In this document: positions 50,154 through 59,046 of the stretch, piece after piece
Position numbering within the stretch: the stretch's first letter is position 1
Layout: each line of letters opens with the position of its first letter
Source of the DNA: Candidatus Latescibacterota bacterium
GTDB taxonomy: Bacteria > Latescibacterota > UBA2968 > GCA-2709665
Length of the DNA stretch: 64,000 nucleotides
Direction: 5' to 3'
Assembly (NCBI GenBank): GCA_965219455.1
Contig: OZ244744.1
Span: forward strand, 1,792,001 to 1,856,000
The notes under the pieces: model-generated
What the model was told of the DNA's origin: nothing
Databases searched by the model: none
What the model saw: the letters and a program-made list of their open reading frames with translations, nothing else
Program-made: the position numbers and the translations under genes

Positions 50154-51041
50154 CTAAACTCACGGAAACCGCGACGAATCCGTGCACCTGATATTGCCCG
50201 AAAATCCGAACGATGACCGCTACCAGGGCCAGCATGACAACTGAGTGCAGAAACACCGAACCAACCCATCCGACACGGACCGTGCCGTAGTTCTCGTATT
50301 CACCGGCTCGCACCCAGTCGACGAGGCCCGTGAGTGGAGCCGCGCGCTTCCATCTCCGCCCGGAATCTCTCCGTCCAGCCAACTTGGCCGATTGGTAAGG
50401 TCCGAACGTGAACTGATGGAACACAGGCATTGAGACCTGCGATTTTCCTCTGGCGGCGTTGACGCCAAAGCTGTGTATCAAATAGAGCAGTGCGCCAATG
50501 AGAGTAACAAGCGCACAAAGAGCCGGTTGGGACGTGTAAAGATCGGCGATTCGATTGATCGAGAGAACGCTGAATACCAGAATCAGAATCGTAATATACA
50601 AGACAGCCGATTTGCGAATCCGGAACGATCGAGCGTCTATGAATTCGTAAGTTCCGATCGTAAACACCAGACTGTACCAAAGGAAACAGGACGCGAGAAT
50701 CGGGATTGTGGGGGCAGAACCTCCCAACCAGTCATAGGCCCAGCCTGTCAGGACGGAGATAACGGCTCCTGTGAAAAATACCGAAGAAATGAGCTGTCTG
50801 CGTATACGGGGAAGCGACCAGGAATGCGGTGTGTGCTGAATCTCCCCCACACTCTGGCCGACAAAGAAGCCGGCAATTGAAGGAAGGGCCATTGTGAGCA
50901 GAATGAGGCGTCCCGGTTCAGACAGGCTTGGCAGTTTCGTGCCGGCGGCCCAAAGCACCAGCAGAATCAGTCCGGTGAAAAGCGCATAGAATACAATGAT
51001 CACCGGACGCCAGAGCAATCGGTACAGCGCGTAGAGCCCCA

Positions 51042-51926
51042 TCACTCGGTCTCCTGAAGGAGGAGAGGAAACATCCTCTCCAGGTTCAGCGGGTTGCCGG
51101 CCACGTCCACGCCGTATTTCATCTTGAACGCGTCCAGGTTGTCTGAAGCCCCATTGACGAGCAGGCGCGCCTGGTAGCTGTCCACCTCCTGAGATAGAAT
51201 GAAGTCTTCCTGGAAGTGCGTGGGGAGTCTGCCGGTCTTGACGCTTACCTGCCATTCGGCGAAGCGCTCCTGGAGGTCGTCCAGCGAGGCGTCGGCTCTG
51301 ACTCGGCCCCGGTCCATGCAAATCACGCGATTGATGACTTTTTCGATGTCGTGCAGAACGTGCGAAGATATCACGATGGTATTGGCGTCCTGTTGAAGAA
51401 GTTCAAGGAGGAATTTCAGAAACTGTTCCCGCGTGATGGGGTCCAGGCCGCTGACGGGTTCGTCCAGAATCAGCAGGTCCGGGCGATGGCAGACAGCCAG
51501 AATGATGCCCAGTTTCTGGGCGTTGCCTGGCGAGAGGGTCCCCACGCGCGCTGAGGGCTCCAGTTCCAGTTCGCCGAGCAGGCGCACCTCCAGGTCCCGG
51601 TCCCAATTCTTGTAGAACGAGGAGACATAGCGCAGTTGCTGTTCCACCTTCATCCATTCCAGGAACCGGTTCTCCTGGTGAACGACGCCGATGCGCGAGA
51701 GTTCGCCGGGGCCGAGCTTGTCGCTGGGGCATCCAAGGGTGGTGCATTGCCCGCTGGAAGGCAGATAAAGTCCGATGACGTGGCGGAGCAGGGTCGTCTT
51801 TCCGCTTCCGTTTCTGCCGATCAGGCCCACAACGGCCGGTTTTGGAACGGCCACGCTCACGTTGTCCAGCGCGGTCACGTCTCCAAACGCCTTTGTGAGA
51901 TTCTTGACTTCGAATGCAGATTCCAT
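51042..51926 (-). CDS. ABC transporter ATP-binding protein (YtrB-like)
   Basis: GRNGSGKTT, LSPG, LLILDEP and SSH motifs. Confidence 0.93.
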   Translation of the reverse strand: MESAFEVKNLTKAFGDVTALDNVSVAVPKPAVVGLIGRNGSGKTTLLRHVIGLYLPSSGQCTTLGCPSDKLGPGELSRIGVVHQENRFLEWMKVEQQLRYVSSFYKNWDRDLEVRLLGELELEPSARVGTLSPGNAQKLGIILAVCHRPDLLILDEPVSGLDPITREQFLKFLLELLQQDANTIVISSHVLHDIEKVINRVICMDRGRVRADASLDDLQERFAEWQVSVKTGRLPTHFQEDFILSQEVDSYQARLLVNGASDNLDAFKMKYGVDVAGNPLNLERMFPLLLQETE

Positions 51927-51927
51927 A

Positions 51928-52320
51928 TTATGATTCCTCTTGATTGCCGGCGGTATCCATCATCTGGCCGAAGATCTCCAGGGCCTGGCCTTTGTCAATG
52001 CCAAGCTGTCTCGCGATGGCCACAATGGGCGCCAGGCTCTGCCGTAGCCGATTGAGCTTATGAACCTCGATCTTTTCGGGTCTCAAGTAACTGACTGTGA
52101 GGGGACGCCCGCGACGCCGTTCCACGATGCCCTCCGCCTCCAGATATCCGTAGGCTTTGCTGACGGTCATCGGGTTGACACCCAGTTGTGCGGAGAGGGT
52201 GCGCGTGGCGGGCAGCTTCTCGCCCGGCCGTATCAGACCGCTTGCGATATGAAATTTGATCTGGTCCATCAACTGCCGGTAGACCGGCACGCCGCTGTGG
52301 TGATCGATTGCAATCAGCAC
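51928..52320 (-). CDS. GntR family regulator, YtrA subfamily
   Basis: PVYRQL..QI...I..G...PGEKLP..R.L...LGVNPMTVSKAY; short C-terminus; first gene of the ABC operon. Confidence 0.9.
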   Translation of the reverse strand: MLIAIDHHSGVPVYRQLMDQIKFHIASGLIRPGEKLPATRTLSAQLGVNPMTVSKAYGYLEAEGIVERRRGRPLTVSYLRPEKIEVHKLNRLRQSLAPIVAIARQLGIDKGQALEIFGQMMDTAGNQEES

Positions 52321-52345
52321 GGGTCAGTTCTCCAGAGTGTATTAG

Positions 52346-52365
52346 TGTATTACTTCCAATATACA
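52346..52365. promoter_or_regulatory. YtrA-type operator
   Basis: TGTAT-N10-ATACA palindrome 25 bp upstream of the GntR start. Confidence 0.65.
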
Positions 52366-52419
52366 GTATAGCAGTGCGAATGTCAAACATGCTTTCTTGG
52401 ATGATAATGCTGAAGACGG

Positions 52420-53360
52420 AGCCGATGTGCTGCATCTCAACTCGCGCTGATTGCCAGACGCTCGGGCATGATCCCATGCCGCAGGAGATCCTTCGTCAGC
52501 CTGACGCCTGCCTGTGCCGGGCACGGCAGACAGGGCTTCCTCAGGATGACAATACGGGCCAACGAATGACGGATACATGTAGCGCAAGGTGGTTGCGTCG
52601 CATGTCATTCTGAGCGAAGTCGAAGAATCTCCCGTCTATTCGATTGTCCTAACGCAGAAACGCAGTAAACACATTTGCGCGGACATATCACCGGTTTGAC
52701 GGCCTCCTCAGCATGACAGTACGGGCCAATGAATGACGGATACATGTAGCGCAAGGTGGTTGCGTCGCATGTCATTCTAAGCGCAGTCGAAGCAGGAGCG
52801 GAAGTGCTGCATTTCCGGTCGGAGCGAATCCCGGACGCTCGGGCATGATCCCATGCCGCAGGAGATCCTTCGTCAGCCTGACGCCTGCCTGTGCCGGGCA
52901 CGGCAGACAGGGCTTCCTCAGGATGACAGTACGGGCTAACGAATGCCCGACACATTTCGACAATGTTTATTGCGAAGCATGTCATTCTGAGCGCAGTCGA
53001 AGAATCTCCCGTCTATTCGATTGTCCTAACGCAGAAATGCAGTAAACACATTTGCGCGGACATATCACCGGTTTGACGGCCTCCTCAGCATGACAGTTTG
53101 GGCCGATGAATGACGGCTGCGTTTCGACGATGGTTATTGCAAAGCATGTCATTCTGAGCGTAGTCGAAGCAGGAGCGGAAGTGCTGCATTTCCGGTCGGA
53201 GCGAATCCCGGACGCTCGGGCATGATCCCATGCCGCAGGAGATCCTTCGTCAGCCTGACGGCTTCCTCAGGATGACAGTACGGGCTAACGAATGCCCGAC
53301 ACATTTCGACAATGTTTATTGCAAAGCATGTCATTCTGAGCGAAGTCGAAGAATCTCCCG
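52420..53360. repeat. Tandem array of REP-like units with a 377-bp higher-order period
   Basis: GACGCTCGGGCATGATCCCATGCC at 52457, 52834 and 53211; five GCATGTCATTCT boxes. Confidence 0.9.
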
Positions 53361-53540
53361 CTGCATCGATTGTACGTGCAAAAGAAACGTCCGTTAAAGA
53401 ACGCGGGCGGACGCATCGTCAGCGCGACTGGCCCCGCGACCGTACCGCAAACTGCCAGTTTGCGGCACCTGATCAGACGTCCGCGGCGCGCCGGGTACAG
53501 ACAAACTGTATTCCGCAATCTTTAAACCGAGGAGTGGACG

Positions 53541-54653
53541 ATGAAAATGACATCAGTAGACGTGTGGACCGTGGTGGTGCCGACGATCCCTGGGCGGGTG
53601 AACAGCCCCGAATGGGTGCCGAAAGTCGGGTGGGACGAAGTGACCAAGCATATCCTCCGGCTCAATACGGATACCGAGTACTACGGGTTGGGAGAGACGG
53701 GCCGGGGCGTGCCCATCGAAGACGTGCGCGCGGGCGCAGGCCTGGTGCTGGGCAGGGACCCCGAGACGGTGACGCTGCAGAATATCTACGAGTCTCGCAG
53801 CGACGGAACCGAGACGATGCCGGAGGTGGGAACGGGCCCGGCGTATCACGCCCTCGAGGTCGCCGTTTTCGATCTGATCGGCCGGGTGCGCGGACTTCCC
53901 GTGCACGCCCTGCTGGGCGGGGCGGTGCGCGACCGGGTGCGGGCGGATTACTGGATGGGGTCCCAGACGCCTGAGGATGGAAAGGGGACGGTCGCTCGGG
54001 CGCTCGAGTACGGCTTCAAGGGGATCAAGATCAAGTGCAAGATCGAGGAACCGATGGTGGAACGGCTGCGGGCCATCCGGGACGTGGCGGGGCCGGAGTT
54101 CAAGGTCACGGTGGATCCGAACGAGCGGTTTCGCACGGCGGCACAGACGATTGAACTCGCCGGCCAACTCGAGCAACTCGGCAACGTGGAGGTATTCGAA
54201 GATCCGATCCCCAAGTCGGATTTGGAAGGGTACGTGGAGATTCACGAGGCCATCGGTATTCCGGTTGCCATGCATCTGGGAAGCGGGGAGGGGGTGCTGC
54301 GCGCCGTGAAGGCCGGCGTGGTGGATTGCGTCAACCTGGGCGGGAGCATGGCGGGCTTTGCGAAATGCGCCGCCGTTGCGGAGGCGGCCGGGCTGCGCTG
54401 CTGGCACGGTTCCGGGGTGGACCTGGGAATCATGGAATCCTCCTTCGTGCACGCGGTCTCGGTGGTGCCGAACTGCACCATGGCGTCGGACATCGTGGGT
54501 AGCTGGGTGCGGGAGCACAACCTGATCCTGGAGCCGATGGTTTTCGAAGAGGGATTCACGCCGGTTTCCATGGCACCGGGGCTGGGGTGCGAACTGGATA
54601 TTGAAGCGGTAACGCGGTACAGCAGTGCCCATGAGACGATACACGCGCCATAG
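53541..54653 (+). CDS. Mandelate racemase/muconate lactonizing enzyme family
   Basis: GLGE, EVAVFDLIGR, KIK, DPN..EDP and PGLGCELD motifs. Confidence 0.9.
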   Translation: MKMTSVDVWTVVVPTIPGRVNSPEWVPKVGWDEVTKHILRLNTDTEYYGLGETGRGVPIEDVRAGAGLVLGRDPETVTLQNIYESRSDGTETMPEVGTGPAYHALEVAVFDLIGRVRGLPVHALLGGAVRDRVRADYWMGSQTPEDGKGTVARALEYGFKGIKIKCKIEEPMVERLRAIRDVAGPEFKVTVDPNERFRTAAQTIELAGQLEQLGNVEVFEDPIPKSDLEGYVEIHEAIGIPVAMHLGSGEGVLRAVKAGVVDCVNLGGSMAGFAKCAAVAEAAGLRCWHGSGVDLGIMESSFVHAVSVVPNCTMASDIVGSWVREHNLILEPMVFEEGFTPVSMAPGLGCELDIEAVTRYSSAHETIHAP

Positions 54654-54712
54654 CAGATGGGTATGGCATGGATTGGTGTCGCAAGAATGGAAATCCCGCC
54701 GGGTTTTCGGAG

Positions 54713-56839
54713 ATGCGAATGCTTGTATTAGTGGCAATTTACTTGTGGTTGTTAACGGCCCCGGCGCTGGCCGCGCAGGCCGACCCTGCGAAGGTGGATT
54801 CGCTCATTCTGGCATCCACGGATACGACGCTGGAGTGGGAAACGCGCAGGGATCTCGCGAAGCAGGCGATGAAACACGACCGGACGGGAAAGGCCATGCA
54901 CGCGCTCGCGCGATTGAAGCTGGAAAAAGGCACGACGTATTCGCGCCAGCAGGCGCGGTCTCTGTTGACGCGGGCGAGGGAACGCGAACCCGAGAACGCG
55001 GACTATGTTGCAACGTTCGCGGAATTGCTTTGGCGAACCGGACCGAGGTCCGCGTCCTACAAAAAGGCCCGCGAGGCCATTGCGCTGGACCCGGAAAACG
55101 TGCGAGCGCACTATTGGGCGGGGCGGTACGTGGTCTGGTCATGGGAGATGACGTTTTTCACACGCGAGGAAGCAGGGGATGCGATGCGCGTGGCCGGGGA
55201 TGGAGACGTGACCACGGGGCGCACGTTTGCGCAGCGCGGCTATGCGGACATGGAGGTGGACGTCGGGATCGACTATTTGAGCCGCGCTCTGTGGCTGGAT
55301 GCGGATCACTGGCCGTCCCGGGTGCATCTGGGGCTGGCGTACTACATGGCGCGGATGCCGGATGCGTTGATTGCCCTGTTTAAGGACGATATTAAACGAC
55401 ATCCGGGTCGTGCGGACGCCTATTTCTTCATGGGATTGGGACATCAGGCCAAGGGCGACCCCGAAGCGGCCCACCGGGCCTACGTGGACGGCCTGGCGCG
55501 ACTGTCCGACCGGCAACGCCGCTTCATGCAATCGGTGTTCCTGATGCGGGACAAGAAGGCGTGGAAGAAGGGCGAACCCCCGCCGGACGAGGAGGCGATT
55601 CAAAAATTCTGGTTCGGGAAAGATCCGTTGTATTTGAGCGATATAAACGAGCGAATGCTGGAGCAGTGCAGGCGGGTTGCCTACGCGAATCTGCGGTTCG
55701 GCGACCCCATCAACGGGTACGCCGGGTGGGAAACGGACCGGGGACAGGCGTATATCCGATATGGCGACCCGCTCTCGCGGCAAATGTCGCCGGGCGACAT
55801 CGATCTGGGTCTCACCCGAACCATAATGGAAGAAGAGGAGATGCGGAGGCGGAGACCGCGCCCGTCCGGTGGGATTTTCGAATACCATCCTCGAAAGGAT
55901 ACCTGGACGTATGACGGATTCGAGGTGTCCTTCGTCAATACCAATTCGTGGGACTCGTGGCGCTTCGGAACGTCGAAGCTGGGTGGCCGGACGCTTAATT
56001 TCAACGAACTTGTAAAGGCGATCCCGGATTACTATCGCTATCCTTATCAGTACAGCGTCCCTTACCAGATTGCGCAATTCCGGCGCGATGAAGGGAAGAC
56101 AAGCGTGGAGGTGTATTACGCGCTTTCGGGCGATCAGGTCACGCATGAAGTGGTCGGGCCCGGCGTCCGTGCGGTGGACGTGGTGCAGGCGATGTTCCTG
56201 TTTGACGCGGCCTGGGATACGCTGCGGCGCGAGGTCGGCCGCGTGCGAATGATGCCATGGATACAGTACGTGTCCACCAATCGGGGGTATCTGATCGCGA
56301 GCGAGCAGTTGACGCTGGCGCCGGGGGATTATCACCTGGCGGGAGAGGCGGAAGACCAGGCGAACAGGAAAGTGGGTACGTTCAGGGACCCGTTGCGGGT
56401 CAGGCGGTTCAGCCGCGATTCGCTGGAGATCAGCAGCCTGCTGATGGCGCGCCGGATCGTGGAACGCGAGGAATGGCCAATGGAGCGAGCGCGGTATATG
56501 GTGCTCCCCAATCCGCTGGCGGAGTGTTCACGGAACGGAAGTGCGTGGTTTTATTTCGAGGTGTACAACCTGGCGCGCGATTCCTTCGGCGCCACGCATT
56601 ACCGGATTGGTTACCAGACGCAGGTGATTCCGGAGAAGCGACGACTGGAGGATCCGCAGCCGCAGTGGACGACGGCGGTGTCTTATACGTACCGCGGCGG
56701 TCAGGATTGGGAACCCCGGTATCTGCGGGTGGATATGGCCGATACATCGCCGGGGTTGCGCGCGTTCCGGGTGGTCGTTGAGGATTCACTGGCCGGCACG
56801 GCGGCCGAATCGACAACACGTTTTCGCGTGCGGTGGTAG
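54713..56839 (+). CDS. TPR + GWxTD-domain protein
   Basis: Signal peptide; RRVAYANLRF...GWETDRGQAYIRYGDP; YFEVYNL. Confidence 0.9.
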   Translation: MRMLVLVAIYLWLLTAPALAAQADPAKVDSLILASTDTTLEWETRRDLAKQAMKHDRTGKAMHALARLKLEKGTTYSRQQARSLLTRAREREPENADYVATFAELLWRTGPRSASYKKAREAIALDPENVRAHYWAGRYVVWSWEMTFFTREEAGDAMRVAGDGDVTTGRTFAQRGYADMEVDVGIDYLSRALWLDADHWPSRVHLGLAYYMARMPDALIALFKDDIKRHPGRADAYFFMGLGHQAKGDPEAAHRAYVDGLARLSDRQRRFMQSVFLMRDKKAWKKGEPPPDEEAIQKFWFGKDPLYLSDINERMLEQCRRVAYANLRFGDPINGYAGWETDRGQAYIRYGDPLSRQMSPGDIDLGLTRTIMEEEEMRRRRPRPSGGIFEYHPRKDTWTYDGFEVSFVNTNSWDSWRFGTSKLGGRTLNFNELVKAIPDYYRYPYQYSVPYQIAQFRRDEGKTSVEVYYALSGDQVTHEVVGPGVRAVDVVQAMFLFDAAWDTLRREVGRVRMMPWIQYVSTNRGYLIASEQLTLAPGDYHLAGEAEDQANRKVGTFRDPLRVRRFSRDSLEISSLLMARRIVEREEWPMERARYMVLPNPLAECSRNGSAWFYFEVYNLARDSFGATHYRIGYQTQVIPEKRRLEDPQPQWTTAVSYTYRGGQDWEPRYLRVDMADTSPGLRAFRVVVEDSLAGTAAESTTRFRVRW

Positions 56840-56888
56840 CCGGCGAAGAACCGACCCACCGGTCTCAGGGTCGACATTCACTCCTGGG

Positions 56889-56914
56889 GAACCTTTCATT
56901 CCCTTTCAGGGTCT
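56889..56914 (+). promoter_or_regulatory. Putative ECF promoter for the GWxTD gene at 57004
   Basis: GAACC-N17-GTCT(A). Confidence 0.6.
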
Positions 56915-57003
56915 ACAATGTGATACGGGATTCGTTCGAAACCGTCCGTAACGGGATACGGTTCACCGGTTTCCCATCCCCACCAATTTACGCGGTGTTC
57001 GTC

Positions 57004-59037
57004 ATGTTGCGTTTTGCACTATTGATCTCGACCATCCTGTGCGTCACCGCGCCCCTGGCGGCCGCCAAGCCGGACGCGTACAAGGTGGCGGCCCTTCTGG
57101 CCTCGGCGGCGGATTCCTCGCTGTCGCACATGAAGCGGGTGTCGCTGATGGAGAGGGCGGTTCGGTACGATCCGTCGGGACGGGCGATGCATGCACTGGC
57201 CAGGCACTATTTGCGCCGCGACACCGTCTTGTCCAGGCGCTTCGCGAGGCAATGGGTGCATAGAGCGATGAAGAGGGAGCCGGAGAACGCCGCTTACGCG
57301 AAAACGATTGCGGAGATTTTCTGGCAGGCGGGATCGCGGGATGCGTTTTACGAGCAGATCCGGCGCGCAATCGCGCTGTCGCCGAATGACGCCGAGGCCC
57401 TATACATGGCCGGACGATACGCCGCCAGGGAGATGATGTACAATCTGGAACGGGAAACCCTGAAGTCCGGTCTGGAACGCAAACGAAGGTTCCATTACGG
57501 AAATTACGGCAGGAGAATGCGGGAGCAGGCGATCGGATATCTGACCCGCACGCTGGAGGTGGATCCGGAACATCGTCCCGCCCGGATTCTGCTGGGCCAG
57601 GTCTACCTTGAAGGACATATGGCCGATCGGCTCGTGGAGCTGTTTGAGGATTATGCGGAACGCCATCCGGAAGACTGGGATGCGTATTTTTTCACGGGCC
57701 TGGGTTATCAGACCAGGGCGAACCTGGACAAAGCCTTCGCCGCCTATACGGAAGGCCTGAACCTGATGTCCGGGCTGGAACAGCAGTTTATCAGGTCGGT
57801 GGTGGTGTTGGCGGATCGGGAGGCGTTGAAAGACGGGGGGGAACTGCCGGACGAAGAGACCCTGCGCCGGTTCTGGACAGGACGGGACCCGTTATTCCTG
57901 ACTCCAGGAAACGAGCGGATGCTGGAACACTGCAGGCGGGTCGCATATGCGAATCTCAGATTTTCCGATCCGGATCGCGGCGTCGAGGGCTGGGAGACGG
58001 ACCGCGGGCAGGTGTACATACGTTATGGACATCCCGACGCGCGGAACATCTATCTGGATCGTATGAATTACGTGTTGCTGCGCGAAACGTGGAACTATCC
58101 GGGGTTCAGCGTGACATTCGAACGCCTGGGGGAAAATGACTGGGACGTGCTGCAGGTTTCGATTCGGGGTACGATGCGAACCAGATATAAGGATCTTCTG
58201 GCACGGGTTCCCGAGTACTACAGCGACCCGTACTGGCTGAAACGGTACGATGCGCCGTTCGAGATCGCGCAGTTCCGCGGAGAGGACGGCAAGACCCGCG
58301 TGGAGCTATATTATGCGCTTTCCGGCGATCAGGTCGCGCACAGGGAGGTCAGTTCCGGCATACAGGCGGTGGATCTGATGCAGGGCCTGTTTCTTTTTGA
58401 CGCAAGGTGGAAGGAAGTCGAAAAGACCATATCTCCTATTCACAGAATGCCGTGGATCGAAGGCAATGCGGTCCGGGATGGGTACCTCTTTTGGGGCGAG
58501 CGGCTATCTGTGGATCCGGGGACGTACCATCTGGCAGTCGAGACGGAGGATCTGACCAAACAGAGTCTTGGCACCCTTCGAGATTCACTGCAGATCAGCC
58601 GGTACGGGAAGGACAGACTGGAGATAAGCGACTTGCTGCTGGCCCAACGGGTTGTCGAACAGGACGATCGCCCGTTCGGCCGGGACCGGTTTATGGTGTT
58701 GCCCAATCCGTTGAAGCAGTGCCAGCGGGACGGCAGTATGTCGTTCTACTTCGAGGTCTATAATCTGAAGCGGGACGAGTTCGGCGCCGCGAGTTACCGG
58801 ATCACTTACCAGACCCGCCTGCTGCCGGAAAAGTGGACGGAAAAAGACGTGGTGATTCCGGAGTGGACGACGGCCGTGACCAACTCATACAGAGAGACGA
58901 GGGATTGGCAGCCGCACTATCTCACCCTGGATATGGACGGGTTGGCGCCCGGACCCTGGGCGTTCAATGTGATCGTGGAGGATTTGCAGGCGGAAAGCCG
59001 GGCGACGAGTTCGGCGGTATTTCGGGTGATGCCCTGA
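57004..59037 (+). CDS. TPR + GWxTD-domain protein
   Basis: Signal peptide; GWETDRGQVYIRYGHPD; close paralogue of 54713. Confidence 0.9.
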   Translation: MLRFALLISTILCVTAPLAAAKPDAYKVAALLASAADSSLSHMKRVSLMERAVRYDPSGRAMHALARHYLRRDTVLSRRFARQWVHRAMKREPENAAYAKTIAEIFWQAGSRDAFYEQIRRAIALSPNDAEALYMAGRYAAREMMYNLERETLKSGLERKRRFHYGNYGRRMREQAIGYLTRTLEVDPEHRPARILLGQVYLEGHMADRLVELFEDYAERHPEDWDAYFFTGLGYQTRANLDKAFAAYTEGLNLMSGLEQQFIRSVVVLADREALKDGGELPDEETLRRFWTGRDPLFLTPGNERMLEHCRRVAYANLRFSDPDRGVEGWETDRGQVYIRYGHPDARNIYLDRMNYVLLRETWNYPGFSVTFERLGENDWDVLQVSIRGTMRTRYKDLLARVPEYYSDPYWLKRYDAPFEIAQFRGEDGKTRVELYYALSGDQVAHREVSSGIQAVDLMQGLFLFDARWKEVEKTISPIHRMPWIEGNAVRDGYLFWGERLSVDPGTYHLAVETEDLTKQSLGTLRDSLQISRYGKDRLEISDLLLAQRVVEQDDRPFGRDRFMVLPNPLKQCQRDGSMSFYFEVYNLKRDEFGAASYRITYQTRLLPEKWTEKDVVIPEWTTAVTNSYRETRDWQPHYLTLDMDGLAPGPWAFNVIVEDLQAESRATSSAVFRVMP

Positions 59038-59046
59038 TCGCACGCC

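Larger units (their letters stand above)
47999..51042 (-). pseudogene. ABC permease-like paralogue 1, interrupted by an insertion element
   Basis: Removing 48451-50156 gives a continuous 445-aa ORF (..VSVSL-GILMIQQ..). Confidence 0.85.

Noticed and set aside
52342-53334. Repeated small ORFs (MTCFAINIVEMC..., YCHPEEA)
   Set aside because: Translations of the REP array; no RBS or coding signal
52420-53360. Possible CRISPR array
   Set aside because: Linkers are themselves repeated and unit lengths are too long; no cas genes seen
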